Shown here one piece after another: positions 58,123-64,000 of a stretch of DNA of 64,000 nucleotides (within the stretch, counting starts at the first letter, position 1; each line of letters opens with the position of its first letter). The stretch spans positions 1,922,001-1,986,000 of the forward strand of contig CM022666.1 of the NCBI GenBank assembly GCA_012295275.1, given 5' to 3'. The notes under the pieces are model-generated. The model did not search any database. It saw only the letters and a list, made by a program, of their open reading frames with translations, and was not told the DNA's origin. The DNA comes from Chrysomallon squamiferum. Lineage: Eukaryota > Animalia > Mollusca. The translations under genes were made by a program, and so were the position numbers.

Positions 58123-60059
58123 AAATAAAAATAAATAAATAAATATACACACGTACATACATACATATATACATGCATACATACATGCATACATACATAC
58201 ATACATACATACATACATACATACATACATACATACATACATACATACATACATACATTCACATACATACATACTAAATAAACAAATAAACAAACAAACA
58301 AACACACACAAAAAACAATTGCCGAAAGATATTCAAAAAATGTTCATTAACTTAAACTTTACAAATCTCCTGAAACGCTATAAATAAAATTCACAAAAAT
58401 CAAAATTAACTTTTATAAAATTTTTAAACTTAGCTGTCTAGAAGATGAAATTAAGGATTACGTACATTTACAAATACTAATAAATGATTTTATAATGAAT
58501 GATTCAGACATGAACAAGTCCACACTTAGTAACAATGTAAAGTCTCTGTTAAATAAATGTTAAATAAACTAATTTATTTAACTTGTTTACTTATTTATTT
58601 AAATTTTAAAAATTTCAATAGCTTTAGATTCTTATAACCAAAATTAGGTTATTTATCACCAACAAGAACAGACAACCAGATCAAAAATCCAGCGTTCATT
58701 CAACTTGTTATGTTACGACCACAAACCTTGCGTTATCAGAATTTTTTCTTTTTACAGACACTAGGATTCGATCCTTCATTCTACCACACGCCTTGTACCT
58801 TTATTCTCCAACCTCTCTGTCTGAACACTAATGCTGGCATCAAGCTGTTGTTATTTACGTACCAAAGAAAGCGCTGAAAACATCGGCAGATCGTAAATAA
58901 CAGAGCGCTATCTGTTTGTCATCCATTAGTGGCGCTAAGAACCATACAGCTCTCGAAGAAGACAGACTAATGCCTGGATTAAGTGGACACCCTTTTAGCA
59001 GCTCTGCTTAAAGTATTTACCCATAACAGATGACAACTTCATTTAATTATTCTTGTGATAAAATACAAGACGCAAAACTTTTTTTTTTTTTTTGTTTTGG
59101 AATAAAGGAAAACAAAAAAAAAATGTTTTGTGTGTTTTCGTTTTGACAAAGAAAACGAGTTAGATGAATGTTTTTAATAATAAAAAAAAAAAAAAAAAAA
59201 GAGAGAAAAGAATGGACGAATATTTGAATGTTAACGATATCTCAGAATAATGTATTGTTACGATGTGTTAAGCTTTTGTCATTTAGTTGTTGTTTTGTCA
59301 TTAGCTGTTGTTCTGTCATTATCTCTTGTTGTATCTGTGCGCATGAGTGTGAATATAAAGATCCTATATTGTTAAATATGGGAAATGGTATACCAGATAA
59401 AAAAATAAATAAACGAGACATTCAAATTTATTTTTATTTAACAATTAGTTTAGTAAAAGCTAAAATATGTTTACATCAAAAAAGTTACATTTGTTACAAA
59501 GAACTATATATGACAGAGAATGTATTCCTCGTTAAACTTCCACGCACGTGCGTTTTAATTGTTATTATTAAATATCTGTAACACATTCTTCTCTGTACTG
59601 TACTCCTGAGAATACATTCATTGTCACCGTCTTTGCTATGAGTAATTTTATGAGTTCTGTTCTTGATAAAAAAAAACTTATGAAAACTCTTTGGTAAAGA
59701 AGAGAGGAGAGAGATTGATCTTCCTGACATTTTACACAAAGAAACACATCACGTGGCAGCTTTTAATAAAAAGTGTATTTATCAGTACAGAACACACAGC
59801 ACAAATAACTCAACACGCGACATAAAGAAGATTTTTGTTTCTCAAATTTTTTTTTTTTTTTGCTCGAATTTTGGAGGGCAGAAACTTCCAGTGTACTTTG
59901 TCTTATTCGCGAAATTATTTTACGTTGGAAGATTAAATTATGGTACAAGAAACATGTTTAAACCAATGTTTTTAAAAGTATTCCATTCAGACAAAATGTT
60001 GAAGTATGAATGACACTGAAACAATTGTAACTTTGTCAAATTTTCTAGGATTTTATTTT

Positions 60060-60108
<49 letters not shown>

Positions 60109-61286
60109 ATGTATATTTATATATATAAATATCTATTCGTTGGGAGAGGATCATTTCACCATTCTTTCATCAGATAATTATAAAGCATGCTTGTCATGGG
60201 CAAAAACACCATCTTTGCTTCAAGTTGGTCTAGCTAGGCTTCATTACACTAACTTCAATACAGAGTTATCCTCTCGACAACAAGTAAGTATATTTTACTT
60301 TTATCAAGCAGTAGTTTCAGTGGGCACGAACCTTTAACTTCGCTAGTGATATCAGCTCAATAAAGCGAAAAATGTCCATCGAAAACTTATCCAAGCAAGC
60401 TTTTTCAGAGTCAAACAGTCGACAGCACGCAAGTTTGGATAACCATCAGGCAAGATTTATAAAGGTTATAAATCTAACTTTCGCTAATGTCATCTTCTTA
60501 AAAAGACAAGGCATATATGAGAAAATGATTCAAACAGACATATCACGAGCAAACAAATCTCTGTACATCAGCAGAAAGATTTTTTTAATCAACGTCAAAC
60601 TCGTCCCGATATTCACTCAGCCATTTTTTTGTTCTACTAAAATCGTGTATTTTTGGCCCGCATAAATCTTTTGACTCATCTCGCGTAACAAGGTAATTAA
60701 ATCTGGAGGAAAAGGAAAAGCAGATGTCTCTTACAATTAATGCCAATAAGACCCCCATCAAAACAAACGAAATTGCTAGATAAACAGGCAGCCATTTGGC
60801 GAAATCTTTTTGGATTTGCTGTTAACGCGAGAAGCGCTGAAGAGACCTCGACTACCTAAGAATCTGCGACAAGGAAGCGAGATGCAATTATCGCTTTGCC
60901 GTCGTGTTTCCATAACGAGACTACGGATGAATGTCGCGTCGCATCGCATCCGATGCTATTCTCCTGAGATCTATCATCATTAGTTAAAAGCCGTTAGATG
61001 GATTTGTTCGTCAAGCGGCCGCGGTGGTTGAAATCTTCGCCGTGAACATCTGAGCGCGGTCCCTCGAGTACGGAGCACGTCGTGGGTGCAGCTGACGTCG
61101 TTGCACGGCGTTGATTGGTGTCCTGTTGTTAAACGATGTTTTTCTGTTTGTTTGGTTAATCGAAATTTCCAGCTGCATTCGGTCTTAAGTGAAAATTCAT
61201 TGTTGATGTCCAAGTTGCGCTGTAGACGTACTTGAATCTTTTTTATTTTTATTTTTTTTTTTTATATAAAGTCTTTAGAATGTGGC

Positions 61287-62100
61287 TCTGTTCTCTTGGA
61301 CAGTTTCAGCTGTTGGTTTATATTTAAAGAGAGTCGCTCGTTATTAATACACGATCACTATGTTTGTGCCAAATGTGTGTTCACATAGGCAATTTCAGAT
61401 GTTAGTTTATATTTAAAGACAGTCGCTCATGTCTGTTCATTATGTCTGTGTTCTCTTAAGAACTTTAAAATTTTACTTTAACGTTATTAAAGGGAGTCGC
61501 TCATAAATAATGTCAAATCCTTCCACCTATCTTACTTGTTTGAAAAATTATATTTAAAGAGAGTCATCCTCTGTCATTTTCATACATGATTTGAATTATT
61601 GCTCAGTCGTAACAGTTTGGTTAATTTTTCTCTAACAATACCTGTTATTATGTTTAAAGCAAGTGAATGATTTTTAATAAATGGTTACATATCATTGGTC
61701 GCTTATTCCTCATATAAGTCGATTATCATACTGTTTATTTAATGACAGTCATGATTATTAGTTTTTATTCCATCTAATCATTTTAATAATTTGAATTTTT
61801 GTATTTAAAGTGCGTCGATCGTAAACAATCTTTATTCCCTTGAATAATATCTTTATTAAAGGGGCTCGTTCAGAAATAATTTCCAATACCTCAACAAATC
61901 TCAACTGTTTGACTATATTTAAACAGAGTCATAAGTAATAAGTAATTATTTTATCCATAAGAAAAATATGATTTGGTTTACAGATATTACATTTAACTAT
62001 CGTACATGAAATCGAAACTAATTTTGAGTTCATTGTTGTCTGCTACATGTTTTCTGTTCATTTACGCAGCTGTAGAATGATTACTTTTAAAGGGAGTCAG
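61287..62100 (+). repeat. Decayed array of about 10 TATTTAAAGRGAGTC motifs with divergent spacers
   Basis: Motif variants at ~61321, 61410, 61485, 61551, 61651, 61736, 61802, 61854, 61916, 62085. Confidence 0.7.
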
Positions 62101-62436
62101 TCTGTAGCTACTACAATTGATTTTAATCCATATTAATTACTACCAGCAGACATCTGGTGCTTAAACGCTTTGTCTTTTTCAAAAATCAAAGTTATGTGTG
62201 TGTCCACCGCTTAACGGGTAAACCTTTCACGTGTTTGCATATTAAACAGATGACCATAACAAACACAGAGAAATTCGTTTTCTATTTGCATACAGTTAAA
62301 TAAGAAAGAAAAATAAATAAATATTCCATAAAATATGAAATTTCTTACGTTTCAAATTAAGTTTAAAATATAATAATTTATAATAATAATAATAATAATT
62401 ATAATAATAATATAATTTATAATAATAATATTATTA

Positions 62437-62482
<46 letters not shown>

Positions 62483-63109
62483 GCTACGGAGGATGTGACA
62501 ACAACGACTACGACGACAACTTAATAAATGGGAAGTCTTTGATACTTTTCACATTACTCCTTAATACGACGAGTCGATGATTACGACAACATAACAACGA
62601 CGACTGCGACAACATCAACGACGACTGCGACGACACCAGATTTCTTTTCACCACGCTTCTCGACCCATTTTTCACAACTGCTACTTCAAGAACCAGTCAA
62701 CAAATCTTCGCCTTCACAAATCTTTATACATTTATACATTTATTTTTTTTATTTTTTTTATTACCCCCACCCCCACCAAACTTCAAACTCAGCAGTATTA
62801 ATCGTTTTGCGATTCTGTTCAGCATACACGACGTCAGCAGCTCCGTGGAAACCCGATCCACTAACTCGTGTGACGGCATCATCCGCTCTCTCTCTAATGG
62901 TTCAGTTGTTTGTCTGCGACATTGATCAGCGCGTGTGGAAAAGATTCCAAAGCAGAAACGACTGTCCTCGAGAGACTGGAGCGCAGCACTGGTTATTCAT
63001 CAGTCTGCGTCCGGGGACAGGAAGTGCCGACAGCGCAGACGCCAAGTCCTACAAATGGAAGCTTGCACGTGAATAAATCACGACGCGCGATTTTTTATTC
63101 GACTGCAAG

Positions 63110-63156
63110 ATACACACACACATACATATATATATACACACACATACATACATACA

Positions 63157-63190
<34 letters not shown>

Positions 63191-63428
63191 CATATATATA
63201 CATACATACATACATACATACATACACATACACATACATACACACATACATACATACACACACATACATATATATATACACATACATAGATACATAGTCA
63301 TATACATAGATACATGCATACATACATAAATACATACATATACATACATATATACATACATACATACATACATACACACATACATACATACACACATACA
63401 TACATACACACATAAACACACATACATA
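63110..63428. repeat. Degenerate (CATA)n/(CA)n tract
   Basis: Direct reading; similar tracts at ~49690-49780 and ~58155-58272. Confidence 0.95.
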
Positions 63429-63691
63429 GGCCTGCAGTACAAATAAGTGTGTGCACGCATTCATACAGTTATATCATATATGAATATATGTGCAAAAGTA
63501 AAATACTGATGATAATGACGATTACGTATTTGTTTCCGTGGAGACATACTTTAAATTTTCTTAAATACTCTTCCTTTTCTATCAGTAACGCTTACATTAA
63601 AATTTCTGAATAAATTATGTTAATTAATTTGTAATAAGCGAAATTTATAATTACAAAAACAGAGAAACGAACTGAAGTTAAAATAAAATAA

Positions 63692-63738
<47 letters not shown>

Positions 63739-64000
63739 AAATAAATAAATAAAAAAAAAAATAATTTAAAAAAAAAATAAAAAAATAAATAAAAAAAGTA
63801 TTCAAGGATTTCGAAGTGGCATTCATTGCTCTCAGTTCCATTATTACGATCATTAATCCAGTCACTAAAGGATTTGTATACGTTGCTAAGCAACTGAAGC
63901 AGTCTGTACAAAAATCTGGCGACAAATAATCTATGTAAGGGTTTGTTTCCGTTCCAGTGAATGACCGTATGAAACTTTTATTCTAAAAAAATGTTTTAAT

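Noticed and set aside
62807-63110. GC-rich patch with 89-aa ORF
   Set aside because: No recognisable protein or donor site; the ETS, E-box and CRE-like motifs fit an enhancer better

Overview
AT-rich, microsatellite-dense animal genomic DNA; a mollusc, possibly a gastropod, is my inference and is not demonstrated. There are no prokaryotic features such as CRISPR arrays or operons. The left part (1-29.1 kb) holds the 5' portion of a minus-strand MAP4K4/TNIK/MINK1/misshapen (GCK-IV STE20) kinase gene. I reconstructed 20 GT-AG exons with consistent phases (1761 nt, 587 codons): the whole kinase domain plus part of the linker. The C-terminal CNH domain must lie left of the window. The most unusual structure is a 12-copy, 43-47 bp tandem array that repeats the complete 3' splice site of exon 17 (branch-like CTCAY, U-tract, CAG, first 24 exon nt); only two copies keep the reading frame. 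The same gene has a duplicated 5' splice site (exon 13) and a 33-nt symmetric microexon whose donor sits in a hairpin next to an RBFOX motif. The right part (29.3-64 kb) is visibly CpG-rich and (GA)n-rich and has no confidently identifiable protein gene. It contains a candidate bidirectional promoter at about 32.5 kb, flanked by a possible alternative kinase first exon (-) and a possible first exon of an unknown gene (+). It also has TF-motif clusters, local duplications and a decayed repeat-spacer-like array at 61.3-62.1 kb. Nearly all supplied ORFs are microsatellite artefacts.
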